From: a virus
IMG/VR virus record: IMGVR_UViG_3300025127_000009
Coordinates: 128,598-192,597 of that record
Reading direction: 5' to 3' (one strand)
Length of the DNA: 64,000 nucleotides
The notes beneath the pieces are model-generated. The model made no database searches. It was given only the letters and a program-made list of their open reading frames with translations, and had not been told where the DNA came from. Of the stretch, positions 1 through 8,085 are shown piece by piece (position 1 is the stretch's first letter; every line of letters starts with the position of its first letter). Both the position numbers and the translations under genes were made by a program.

Positions 1-88
1 AAATATCTTCGTCAATCTTTTGACCATCACGGACTACACGATATTTTATCTTAAATGCTGGCACTGTATCTTTCTCCCTTTTTTGTAA

Positions 89-274
89 TTATGCTCTTTT
101 TAGAAAATGATCTGGCAATACTGCAATCTGAGTTAAAACCCCAAAACAAACTTGCACCATATACCAATTTGAATCCCCTACTCGTCTAACGACTGTAGCA
201 TTAATTACTGGCTCCTTACTTGACATAAGGTGCTCCGCTTCCTCTTTCACCAGGACGGAATCTCCTGCCTTCAT
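89..274 (-). CDS. Small hypothetical protein, KOW/SH3-like ('KAGDSVLV')
   Basis: 61-aa ORF co-oriented with and 2 nt from the upstream ORF. The N-terminal K-x-G-D-x-V motif is typical of small beta-barrel phage proteins. Confidence 0.5.
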   Translation of the reverse strand: MKAGDSVLVKEEAEHLMSSKEPVINATVVRRVGDSNWYMVQVCFGVLTQIAVLPDHFLKRA

Positions 275-276
275 TT

Positions 277-729
277 TTAATCCTCCCCTTTTGAGACAAT
301 TCTTATTATTGGACGATAAGGGCTGGGAGGAATTTCATCTTGTACGAAAAAGATGTAACCATCATCCCTTAACAATTCCTGAACAAACTCTAACCTTTCT
401 TCGTCTTGTCCTATCAATATTTTACATGGTAACTCCACAAAGTCGAGGAAATTATTTAAAAAATCTTCACTCTTTCTGTTAGAAAGACCTGACAAGTTTA
501 AACTTCGATTTGTAGTTTTTAATCTACGGTACTTATTGTTTCTGCCGTATTTTATTTCAATAGAACCTATGTCTATCATATCCCACAATTGAGATTTTCT
601 AACCCTTGCTATTTTATTTTTAAAAAGATAGTACCAATAAGTGCGAGTTTTTCTAGTAAGAATACCGATCCCCATTGCAGTTATAATCGCATCACCAGTT
701 TTTAAACTATATTTCGCTGAGTTAAACAC
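277..729 (-). CDS. Hypothetical protein
   Basis: 150-aa ORF, operon-packed (overlaps 722..961 by 8 nt). N-terminal 'LKTGDAII' motif. Confidence 0.6.
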   Translation of the reverse strand: MFNSAKYSLKTGDAIITAMGIGILTRKTRTYWYYLFKNKIARVRKSQLWDMIDIGSIEIKYGRNNKYRRLKTTNRSLNLSGLSNRKSEDFLNNFLDFVELPCKILIGQDEERLEFVQELLRDDGYIFFVQDEIPPSPYRPIIRIVSKGED

Positions 730-961
730 TTGATTCTTTTACTTCGTCATCTTTGTTATTAAAAATAACACCCCACTTAGTTTTATACCAAGTTCTCTCA
801 TGTAAATAGTACAGCACAGTCTTTGTTATAGTCTCTAAAATACTTAGAGAAGCGCCCATTTTCATAGAGCCAGTTATAAGCCAGCCTAACAAAAAAGTAT
901 CAGCACTTCCTACAATACGCCAAGTAACAGCCTTGGCTAAATGTCTTTTTCTCTGTATCAT
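722..961 (-). CDS. DUF2061-family small membrane protein
   Basis: 'RHLAKAVTWRIVG...ETITKTVLYYLHERTW' matches the family signature as I recall it. Confidence 0.75.
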   Translation of the reverse strand: MIQRKRHLAKAVTWRIVGSADTFLLGWLITGSMKMGASLSILETITKTVLYYLHERTWYKTKWGVIFNNKDDEVKESSV

Positions 962-969
962 ATGTTCCT

Positions 970-998
970 AATATATCAAAAGATTTTATACAAGTCAA
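970..998 (-). promoter_or_regulatory. Sigma70-like promoter TTGACT-N17-TATATT
   Basis: Read directly on the minus strand: -35 at 998..993, -10 at 975..970, just upstream of the ATG at 961. Confidence 0.55.
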
Positions 999-1612
999 CA
1001 AAAATTTAAATCTTTTTCTTCAATGAGTGTATAAGTAAATTTATTTCCCCATCTATCCTTCGAAAGATTACATATTTTCATAAACCTATCAAAGTCTCTC
1101 GCACTCTTAAACACCTGGCATCCAGCACTAGATCCTCCCGTGTCCGTTCTTGTGTCCGGACCTGAGTGTTTGTGTATGTTAATACCATACCAACCTTCGT
1201 CTTCTGGCCCCACGTAATCTGGCTCACTGTCTCTGTTGTTGTCTCTCCAGACCTTAACAGTGCCACCTCTCTGACAGAGTGCAGGATAGGTTTTATGTAT
1301 ATCAATTTTGTAAGCGCCCCTATATTGATCCGGCACCAATATCGCTGTGCCTTTCTCGTTTATGGGTCTCTTGAGTATTTTCCAGCCAGGTTCAGTGGTG
1401 ATTTGGAAACAATCCCAAATCCAATTCCCTCTAACCTTATAGAACATATTCAGGAAATCATCAAATTTGCTGGCGTCTCCAGATGAGTTCCTTACGCCAA
1501 TGATATTTAAATTATAGTCTCCTGATTCAAAAAAAGTATATCCCTTTGTTTCCATAGACTTTTTAAACTTTAGCGCCATGACCCTTGCAGCCAAACCTTT
1601 TACTGTTGCCAT
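995..1612 (-). CDS. YkuD/L,D-transpeptidase-like peptidoglycan enzyme, possible endolysin
   Basis: C-terminal 'GINIHKH-x11-SAGCQV' resembles the YkuD catalytic H-x(14-17)-[ST]-x-G-C motif. Confidence 0.5.
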   Translation of the reverse strand: MATVKGLAARVMALKFKKSMETKGYTFFESGDYNLNIIGVRNSSGDASKFDDFLNMFYKVRGNWIWDCFQITTEPGWKILKRPINEKGTAILVPDQYRGAYKIDIHKTYPALCQRGGTVKVWRDNNRDSEPDYVGPEDEGWYGINIHKHSGPDTRTDTGGSSAGCQVFKSARDFDRFMKICNLSKDRWGNKFTYTLIEEKDLNFC

Positions 1613-1616
1613 TGTT

Positions 1617-1973
1617 CTATCCCCTCAACCAAGCATAACGAACTCTTTTTGAAAGATATTCTTTATCATGCTCGTTACCATGTGCCTCTTTTTCAGCCCT
1701 TATATTCTTATAAGACTGTGCCCCGCTGACACCTTTTAGTATACTTTTAGCATAGTCCCAAAGATAAATCAAGTAAAATCCTAGAACACCAGTTTCTAAT
1801 TGTTGTTGAAAGTGTATTGTTTCGTGTCTTTTTGTATCTTCTGACATTTCGCCTACGGAAAAAACAAACGGGAACAGGGCTATGGCTCCAATTTTAATCG
1901 GCGCGAATCTTGATAAAAATACTGGAACCTTGCTATTTTCGATCATTATTGGTTTTAATTCTTTTATATTCAT
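1617..1973 (-). CDS. Small membrane-associated HExxH zinc metallopeptidase-like protein
   Basis: 'RHETIHFQQQ' HExxH, a downstream 'EKEA' third-ligand Glu, and hydrophobic segments. Confidence 0.55.
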   Translation of the reverse strand: MNIKELKPIMIENSKVPVFLSRFAPIKIGAIALFPFVFSVGEMSEDTKRHETIHFQQQLETGVLGFYLIYLWDYAKSILKGVSGAQSYKNIRAEKEAHGNEHDKEYLSKRVRYAWLRG

Positions 1974-2253
1974 GCTTTCTCCCTTTATCCATTATATAAA
2001 GCCACTTGCAATAAATCCAACCTTGTCCTAGCCTTGCATCAGCCTTACCTAGATTATAAAAGTAATCTTGATATTTAGTGCCTGGTATTATTTTTACCAG
2101 CGCTTTTTCACTATCATATTTCTCAGTGATTGTGCATTTTTCACCTAATAGATGTAATTTTAGCACTAGTCCTATCCACTCTCTAGTATGCAAATAGTGA
2201 CCCACTAAATCCCCTACCTTGAATCCCTTTGGCTTTTGGAAGGAGAATGTCAT
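1933..2253 (-). CDS. Hypothetical protein, KOW/SH3-like ('FKVGDLV')
   Basis: 106-aa ORF, operon-packed. Confidence 0.55.
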   Translation of the reverse strand: MTFSFQKPKGFKVGDLVGHYLHTREWIGLVLKLHLLGEKCTITEKYDSEKALVKIIPGTKYQDYFYNLGKADARLGQGWIYCKWLYIMDKGRKHEYKRIKTNNDRK

Positions 2254-2387
2254 GAATTAACTAGTCTTCGTAAACTTGATTAATACTAGCGTTTTCGATG
2301 TTTCTATTGTCGTCACAATCTTTTATCATGAACACACCAAATGTTAATATTGCAGACCACAATATTAAAGATAGTCTTTCTAAAATT

Positions 2388-2939
2388 TTATGTGATAGTT
2401 GAATAGTCGTTTACCTCCACTACCTGACCTAATACATAGGTATATCGGCTTAAGACATCACCTCTTCCTCTATCCTTCGCATCTTCTATAAGATGCCTCA
2501 TTCTATGAAACAAGGTCTCGCAGTTTATATAAAAAGACAAAGCATCTACTAACGCCGTGACACCTGTCAGGCCCATTGAGGATCCGTTAGAAGTAAAATC
2601 TGTGATGTATCCTCTTGAGTTTTTAAATTGTATCTTTATTCTCATGTTAGACTTTAAAATTTCTGCTTTGTGGTCTATCTGGAAATAAGCATCGTGAAGC
2701 GCCAAAGTGTTCAGAGAAGTGTGCTTTTTCTGATAGTGAGAAAACAATGCGGAATACGCAGAATCAAGGAGGCCGACACCTGAACCCTTAAGAGTCCTTG
2801 CTTTCTCGCCCTCTTTAACTTTAATTTTTATTGTGGATTCACTATCTGCAAATTCTTGTAGACTGTAATCTAACAAGTCTAATGTAAATATGTCTTGTAA
2901 GTATTCCTGAAAAAATTCACGGAGTTGTTCTTTGTTCAT
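2388..2939 (-). CDS. Stand-alone protein resembling the LeuA (isopropylmalate synthase) allosteric/regulatory domain
   Basis: 'TLKGSGVGLLDSAYSAL...L..L.D' parallels the LeuA_dimer motif 'G.G.GPVDA...AL...L.DY'. No TIM-barrel catalytic domain is present. Confidence 0.4.
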   Translation of the reverse strand: MNKEQLREFFQEYLQDIFTLDLLDYSLQEFADSESTIKIKVKEGEKARTLKGSGVGLLDSAYSALFSHYQKKHTSLNTLALHDAYFQIDHKAEILKSNMRIKIQFKNSRGYITDFTSNGSSMGLTGVTALVDALSFYINCETLFHRMRHLIEDAKDRGRGDVLSRYTYVLGQVVEVNDYSTIT

Positions 2940-5272
2940 AGATCGGCCTTTTCAAATCCTGCAGAGATTTTAAATATCCTAACTACTCCCTTTGTTTTTC
3001 TTATTGCTTGTAGTATCTTCACCTTAGCATCTTCTGGCGACCTTAGTATACCCGGTATGCTTGGAATGAATTTTATCTTGAGACCAGCGATAAAATCAGT
3101 TTCACTGATTCTCTGGTTCTTGATCTTAACATCAACAACTGTAACACTTGGGACAGCGCGAATATCTGCCACGATATCTTCAAGACCTCTCATCTTGTCA
3201 TCTGTGTCTTTGGCAGGGCGATATCCAAGCATGAGATAGAAAGCATATATTTGTGTTTGCCTAGATCTTTCACTAATCATTTCATTAAAATAATTTGAAA
3301 CGTCCTCTTCTATATCCTCGCTATCATAATTTACCCACGATCCAGGCTCATATGTTCTCATATAGTCTTCAATTGCAGCATCAAAACTTTCTTTAAAGAA
3401 CGCCTTATTTCCATCTATTAGTTTCATGAGATTTAAGAGCGCCATCACATCCTCGTCATCATGCTTATAGTTAATTTCTATCACAGGAAAAAGTTCTATT
3501 GAACTCTTGTCCTGGCTATCTTCATAATCATCCATGTTCCACGTATTGGCACGAAAAGAAAAGCCTCTGCTGCGTTCAGGCATACTATCGTCTAGAACTG
3601 ATACTATGCTATCTAGTCGGTCTGGCGGTGCAACTGACTTAACCCGCTTAAGCATATGCTTTTTTAGCACTTTCATTAACTGACGAGACTTCTTTGTCAG
3701 TGCATCGGACTGGGCCTGATCCCAGGGATTGGGAGGAAACTGATAGTTTTCGTTGTCAGTCTCATATTCAAACCTACCGCCAACGTATTTTTTAAATGCA
3801 TTCTCAGTTGGATAACCATCTATATACCTGATACCGCGATCTCTTATAAAACTATCTAAACCCTTTGTGACCTTCTCTTCATTTGAAGCAACGGTGTAAA
3901 ACAAATTTGCTTTTACTACACCCTTTTGTATAAGTTCTTGCTTTATGGACGCTTCAATGTCCATTCCGAAACCTTGTGAGATTGTTCTATATCTTAGAAA
4001 TTTTTTAAAACTTTCAATGCTCATGTCGAATGCATCTCGCGATCTGCTGACTGCGTTTTGATTAGTAGTAAATTCTGGTGTCAAATCAAAAATAATTTTG
4101 TTTTCTTTTGTGGAAACAATAACGGCATCGGATGCTCCTATTCTTCCACTCCCTAAATAGAATCCTGCTACGCCAGCAAACATATCTGCAATTGAACCTA
4201 ACAAACCCTTTGACTGTCCTATTAAGGGGTCGCCACCTTTATCTTCCGTGAATTCTCCTGGTGCAAACTGCATTGTATACATCGCACCAAATTGAATACC
4301 CGGTTGGCCATCTTTTCTCTTTGTGTAAAAAACATCAAAATTGCTGTGAAAATTTGACCTGGCGGTGTTCAACACACTTTTCGCTTCTTTCATTTCCTGT
4401 TCGGTTGTGTCTGGTGGATTGGTCCTCGCATTTTCTAGCGCGGCTCTGGTTATATCATCATATAGATCGCCTACGTCAGTCCCCTTTAAACCTGAGAGTT
4501 TGAGGGCTGCAGGCAGTACATCCTCTACTTGATAATCGTTGTCCGGTGAATCCCAAGCATCGATAATTTCATAGTTGCCCGTGTCCTCTTTGCCTATACG
4601 AAGTGCAATCCTGTGAAGCGGATTGTCTGTTGGAATTTTTGGAAACCTTATAATAGCAAAAACATAACCCTGTTTAGTGTAATTTATGAATTGATTTTCA
4701 AAATCTAAATTATCCTCATCTGTGCCTGAGATGCACCATTTAGTGTTCCTACCAAGGAAACAAGATGCTTCAGTAGTGTGAGGACGTTGAACTACTGCGA
4801 TTTGATCTCTATAAAGTTCATCAACATCTTGTTTCAAAACTTGTTCCGTTTCGCTGCGACTTGGACCCACTTTCATCACAGCATTTTCTAAATCTACAGG
4901 CTTTTTATATTTCATGATATCTTTTTCTGGAATCTTTGATATGTTCTTGTCGAATTTTTGAACTAAATTTAAAAAGTCTATAGCGGTTTCTTCTATGTCT
5001 TCAATAGCATCGTCTTCTTCATCTAAAGGTTCGTCAGGATCATAATCTGAAACTTTATTTTGGAAAGCGTTCTGCATTGACATCGTAAGCCACTCAATGT
5101 ATTTAGAAACTTTCAATTTCCTTTTTGTTAACTCACGCACGAAGAGGTCTATTACGTTCCAAGTGTTCCAGTGTGGATATTTAACCTTTACATCTTTAAT
5201 CCTGGCCTCAGTGAGGAGATCAAAGGAATTATCATTTAAGAATTTTTTCCAGGCTCTAGTGCTATAAGACAT
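2936..5272 (-). CDS. Large multidomain hypothetical protein, possibly a virion internal protein
   Basis: 778-aa ORF with N-terminal 'LLTEAR', central 'TEASCFLGRNTKWCIS' and a distinct C-terminal domain. Preceded by the putative late motif at 5293. Confidence 0.6.
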   Translation of the reverse strand: MSYSTRAWKKFLNDNSFDLLTEARIKDVKVKYPHWNTWNVIDLFVRELTKRKLKVSKYIEWLTMSMQNAFQNKVSDYDPDEPLDEEDDAIEDIEETAIDFLNLVQKFDKNISKIPEKDIMKYKKPVDLENAVMKVGPSRSETEQVLKQDVDELYRDQIAVVQRPHTTEASCFLGRNTKWCISGTDEDNLDFENQFINYTKQGYVFAIIRFPKIPTDNPLHRIALRIGKEDTGNYEIIDAWDSPDNDYQVEDVLPAALKLSGLKGTDVGDLYDDITRAALENARTNPPDTTEQEMKEAKSVLNTARSNFHSNFDVFYTKRKDGQPGIQFGAMYTMQFAPGEFTEDKGGDPLIGQSKGLLGSIADMFAGVAGFYLGSGRIGASDAVIVSTKENKIIFDLTPEFTTNQNAVSRSRDAFDMSIESFKKFLRYRTISQGFGMDIEASIKQELIQKGVVKANLFYTVASNEEKVTKGLDSFIRDRGIRYIDGYPTENAFKKYVGGRFEYETDNENYQFPPNPWDQAQSDALTKKSRQLMKVLKKHMLKRVKSVAPPDRLDSIVSVLDDSMPERSRGFSFRANTWNMDDYEDSQDKSSIELFPVIEINYKHDDEDVMALLNLMKLIDGNKAFFKESFDAAIEDYMRTYEPGSWVNYDSEDIEEDVSNYFNEMISERSRQTQIYAFYLMLGYRPAKDTDDKMRGLEDIVADIRAVPSVTVVDVKIKNQRISETDFIAGLKIKFIPSIPGILRSPEDAKVKILQAIRKTKGVVRIFKISAGFEKADL

Positions 5273-5310
5273 TTAGTGTACCCTTTTTCAACTAATTAGT
5301 GCTATTTTAT

Positions 5311-5338
5311 AAGAAAAGAGGAGCAAATGCTCCTCTTT
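5311..5338 (-). terminator. Rho-independent terminator after hsp20
   Basis: GAGGAGC/GCTCCTC stem (5318-5335) with a 4-nt loop. Flanked by A/T runs on both sides, giving TTTTCTT on the minus strand. Confidence 0.8.
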
Positions 5339-5365
5339 AATTATACAGGTTGCGGGTTATATTTT

Positions 5366-5764
5366 TTAGGATACAGTAATACTTCTGGTATTTATACCAG
5401 CCTCTGTCTTGGGCACTGTTACTGTCAGTATACCATCTTCCGCAATTGCTGTAATGTTCTCTACGTCAACATTCTTTGGCAACGTCCACGATTTACTAAA
5501 AGACCTTGTGGCAACGGAGTTGGCTGTAGCCTCTTCCTGTTTATAAGAAACTGTTACCAAATTGTCTTTTACGTCAACCTTTACCTGGTCCTTTGGCACA
5601 CCGGGAACTGCTAATTGAATATCATAGCCGCTCTCGGTTTTATTTACGTTAGTCGCCACTTGCGTGTTTGATAGTGGCCTTGTGCTTACAAATCCGTCAA
5701 ATAAAGAATCGGTAAATGTATCAAAAATATCTCTGTTAGGGTTCCAATGTGCAAGAAAACTCAT
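5366..5764 (-). CDS. hsp20: Small heat shock protein (Hsp20/alpha-crystallin domain)
   Basis: 'LAVPGVPKDQVKV...RSFSKSWTLP..VD...ITA..EDGILTVTVPK'. Strong SD AAGGAGG. Confidence 0.93.
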   Translation of the reverse strand: MSFLAHWNPNRDIFDTFTDSLFDGFVSTRPLSNTQVATNVNKTESGYDIQLAVPGVPKDQVKVDVKDNLVTVSYKQEEATANSVATRSFSKSWTLPKNVDVENITAIAEDGILTVTVPKTEAGINTRSITVS

Positions 5765-5800
5765 AGTTAATCCTCCTTGTTGTTATTTCCTTGTGTTTAT

Positions 5801-5828
5801 ATTATAAGCACGTCTGGAAATATGTCAA
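5801..5828 (-). promoter_or_regulatory. Sigma70-like promoter TTGACA-N16-TATAAT for hsp20
   Basis: Consensus hexamers read directly: -35 at 5828..5823, -10 at 5806..5801. Confidence 0.7.
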
Positions 5829-6166
5829 TAGCGAATTTGAATATAAAGTATTAAAAGTGCGAGAAAGAGACAAGAAAGCGTTTTGGGATTCAACATAGAC
5901 TCTCCCAATATTGTCCATGTTAATGCGCCAAAAACTACCACCCCAACTGCTTGAGCAATAAATCTTGCGGCCCACACGGATTCTGAATCAACCCATATTA
6001 GACGCCAACCATACCAAAATGCAATAGAACAAGGAATCCCCATGACCATCGCGGAAATCACTGGCTTATCTTGCCACCACTCAGATAAAAATTGAGAATT
6101 TAATTGAAACCAGGCTAAGGTTTGGCCAATGAAAAAAAATATAATTGCTTGTATTAGGTTGCTCAT
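5825..6166 (-). CDS. Small multi-pass membrane protein (about 4 TM, DMT/SMR-like size)
   Basis: 113 aa with about four hydrophobic segments. Confidence 0.6.
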   Translation of the reverse strand: MSNLIQAIIFFFIGQTLAWFQLNSQFLSEWWQDKPVISAMVMGIPCSIAFWYGWRLIWVDSESVWAARFIAQAVGVVVFGALTWTILGESMLNPKTLSCLFLALLILYIQIRY

Positions 6167-6510
6167 TGTAAAGACAAGTGTATTCCTCTATCTTTAAGTT
6201 CTTGCTTCGATTCTACGAGGGCTATAACACACTTGCTAACATTTAAAACCTCGTCTGTTTCTAATGAATACAAATTTTCAACATCTAGTTTCTTAGTTTT
6301 TATTAGTTTGCTTAGATATTCCAGAAACAAATATGAATTTGAATACAACTTAGTTATCTCAAAAAAATGTTCTTCAGAATAATTGTTTTGGCCAATAAAG
6401 TGATCAAACATTAATCTTTTGCAGAAATCCATATTCTGCTTGGCCATCTCTGAAAATGCTTTTGCTTCTGCAGGAGATACCTTTACACCAAATTTAGTTT
6501 TCTTATCCAA
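6163..6510 (-). CDS. Hypothetical protein
   Basis: 115-aa ORF with a 4-nt overlap to the next gene. Confidence 0.6.
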   Translation of the reverse strand: MDKKTKFGVKVSPAEAKAFSEMAKQNMDFCKRLMFDHFIGQNNYSEEHFFEITKLYSNSYLFLEYLSKLIKTKKLDVENLYSLETDEVLNVSKCVIALVESKQELKDRGIHLSLQ

Positions 6511-6895
6511 TTATTCCTCTCCCCCAAAAATGTTTGTTCTTTCTATCATTAGTAACTAGTAAAGCCAAAATAAGAATTTTATCTTCCTCTTTTTTAATTT
6601 GTGCTTTATACAGTTCTAGTTTGCCGAATTTAGGAACTGGCTTCTTTTTTTGATACTTTTTTCTTGGAGGAGGTTGATTAATATAATCAACACAACCTTC
6701 GATTAATTCATTGTCTGATGTATTTTCTGGAACTTCATCCTCGACTAGGATTCTGGCTGCAACAACCCACTTTTTAGATGCAAAGCCTGGAATATCCCAA
6801 AACATGCTCCCATGATATCTGCCTGATTTTGTTTTTGCCTCTAGGTGCCCCAAAGACTCATACTCTGACATAGGTATAAAACTACATTTAAACAT
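6503..6895 (-). CDS. Hypothetical protein
   Basis: 130-aa ORF, overlapping operon packing. Confidence 0.6.
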   Translation of the reverse strand: MFKCSFIPMSEYESLGHLEAKTKSGRYHGSMFWDIPGFASKKWVVAARILVEDEVPENTSDNELIEGCVDYINQPPPRKKYQKKKPVPKFGKLELYKAQIKKEEDKILILALLVTNDRKNKHFWGRGIIG

Positions 6896-7127
6896 CCAGA
6901 TATTCTTTCAGGTTGTCGCAACCACCTATTAATGTAACTTTACCAGTATTTTTATTATTTTTCAACACAATTGGTACGGTTGTGCGATTATAAAACTGCT
7001 TTGCCTCTTCTAAGTGTTCCGGTTCCAAATCAAAAAAGTGATGTTCTATTTTTAAATTCTTAAGAACTCGAACCGCCTCTACACAATAATTGCACGTAGA
7101 CCTACCATAAACAAAAAATCTAACCAT
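6888..7127 (-). CDS. grx: Glutaredoxin
   Basis: 79 aa with CNYC active site, 'TTVP' cis-Pro motif and 'IGGCD'. Confidence 0.9.
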   Translation of the reverse strand: MVRFFVYGRSTCNYCVEAVRVLKNLKIEHHFFDLEPEHLEEAKQFYNRTTVPIVLKNNKNTGKVTLIGGCDNLKEYLDV

Positions 7128-7398
7128 AAAGCACTTCCTTTGATCTTTTGATTTTATTAGAAAGTTTCATAAAGTTACCTAAAGCCACGACAGTTTTCGT
7201 TTCATTGCCAAGAGAATATGTTATTTCTGTAAACTCTTGAATGTGTGCGTCTGGACCTCTCAGTTGCCTATACTCCCAAATACCATTTTTAATAGGGCGC
7301 ATTGTTACAATTGAGTTAGGATTAATCGATAAAAAAGTCGTATCACCGCTTTGGTGTCTAGAATCCTCAAGCACTTCTAGATTTAACATTTTCTTCAT
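7120..7398 (-). CDS. Hypothetical protein
   Basis: 92-aa ORF, operon-packed. Confidence 0.55.
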   Translation of the reverse strand: MKKMLNLEVLEDSRHQSGDTTFLSINPNSIVTMRPIKNGIWEYRQLRGPDAHIQEFTEITYSLGNETKTVVALGNFMKLSNKIKRSKEVLYG

Positions 7399-7714
7399 TC
7401 TCCTGACTATTTTCTTTTAATTGATGAATCTTATTCTGAAGTTCCTGATCGTCTTCGGGTGTCACGACAGGGACCATTGTTCTCAGAAAACCCGCGAGTA
7501 TGGAGGCACAATCTGCATAGTTTTCTGAAAGAGACGCTGTTTTTTCTGCTAGTGTTTCTAGTTTCTTGTGCGAAGAAACGCCATAATCACCAACGCACAA
7601 GTCATCATTAAGGTCTGTCAATTGCGACAAGACCTCTGCATTTTTATTTATTAGTTGTCTTAATACTTCTGGGACTTCACTTAAATCAACTGCATACGAA
7701 ACTTTAACTTTCAA
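7367..7714 (-). CDS. Hypothetical helical protein
   Basis: 115-aa ORF, operon-packed. Confidence 0.55.
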   Translation of the reverse strand: MKVKVSYAVDLSEVPEVLRQLINKNAEVLSQLTDLNDDLCVGDYGVSSHKKLETLAEKTASLSENYADCASILAGFLRTMVPVVTPEDDQELQNKIHQLKENSQENEENVKSRSA

Positions 7715-7715
7715 C

Positions 7716-7994
7716 TTAACCTCCTATAGTTTTTAATACGAAAGCGCTGGCTAGGCCAACAAGAGCAGTGAAGAGTGTCCACAACATCTTGGAAGACGTA
7801 GACTTCCAACTCTCTAGTGCTCTAATTCTAGCATATAAGCCTTCATCTGGATTATACACCGCTTCTTTAATTTTTGCAACATTTTCTACCATCTCATCCT
7901 GCCTCTCTTTCATGGAATCTATAGAGTTGCATAATTTATCTAACTTTCTTGTTAGTTCTAATACAAATTCGTTACTAATTGGCGTTTCTGACAT
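7716..7994 (-). CDS. Coiled-coil protein with a single C-terminal TM helix (XhlA/holin-like architecture)
   Basis: Heptad-rich N-terminus followed by 'MLWTLFTALVGLASAFVL'. SD AGGAGG. Confidence 0.5.
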   Translation of the reverse strand: MSETPISNEFVLELTRKLDKLCNSIDSMKERQDEMVENVAKIKEAVYNPDEGLYARIRALESWKSTSSKMLWTLFTALVGLASAFVLKTIGG

Positions 7995-8085
7995 TGAAAG
8001 GACCTCCTGCTTGGTGTGGTTAAATTAACAAAAACAGCGACCCATATAGAAGTGACAACCTACAAGATAAATAGACTTAAATATC

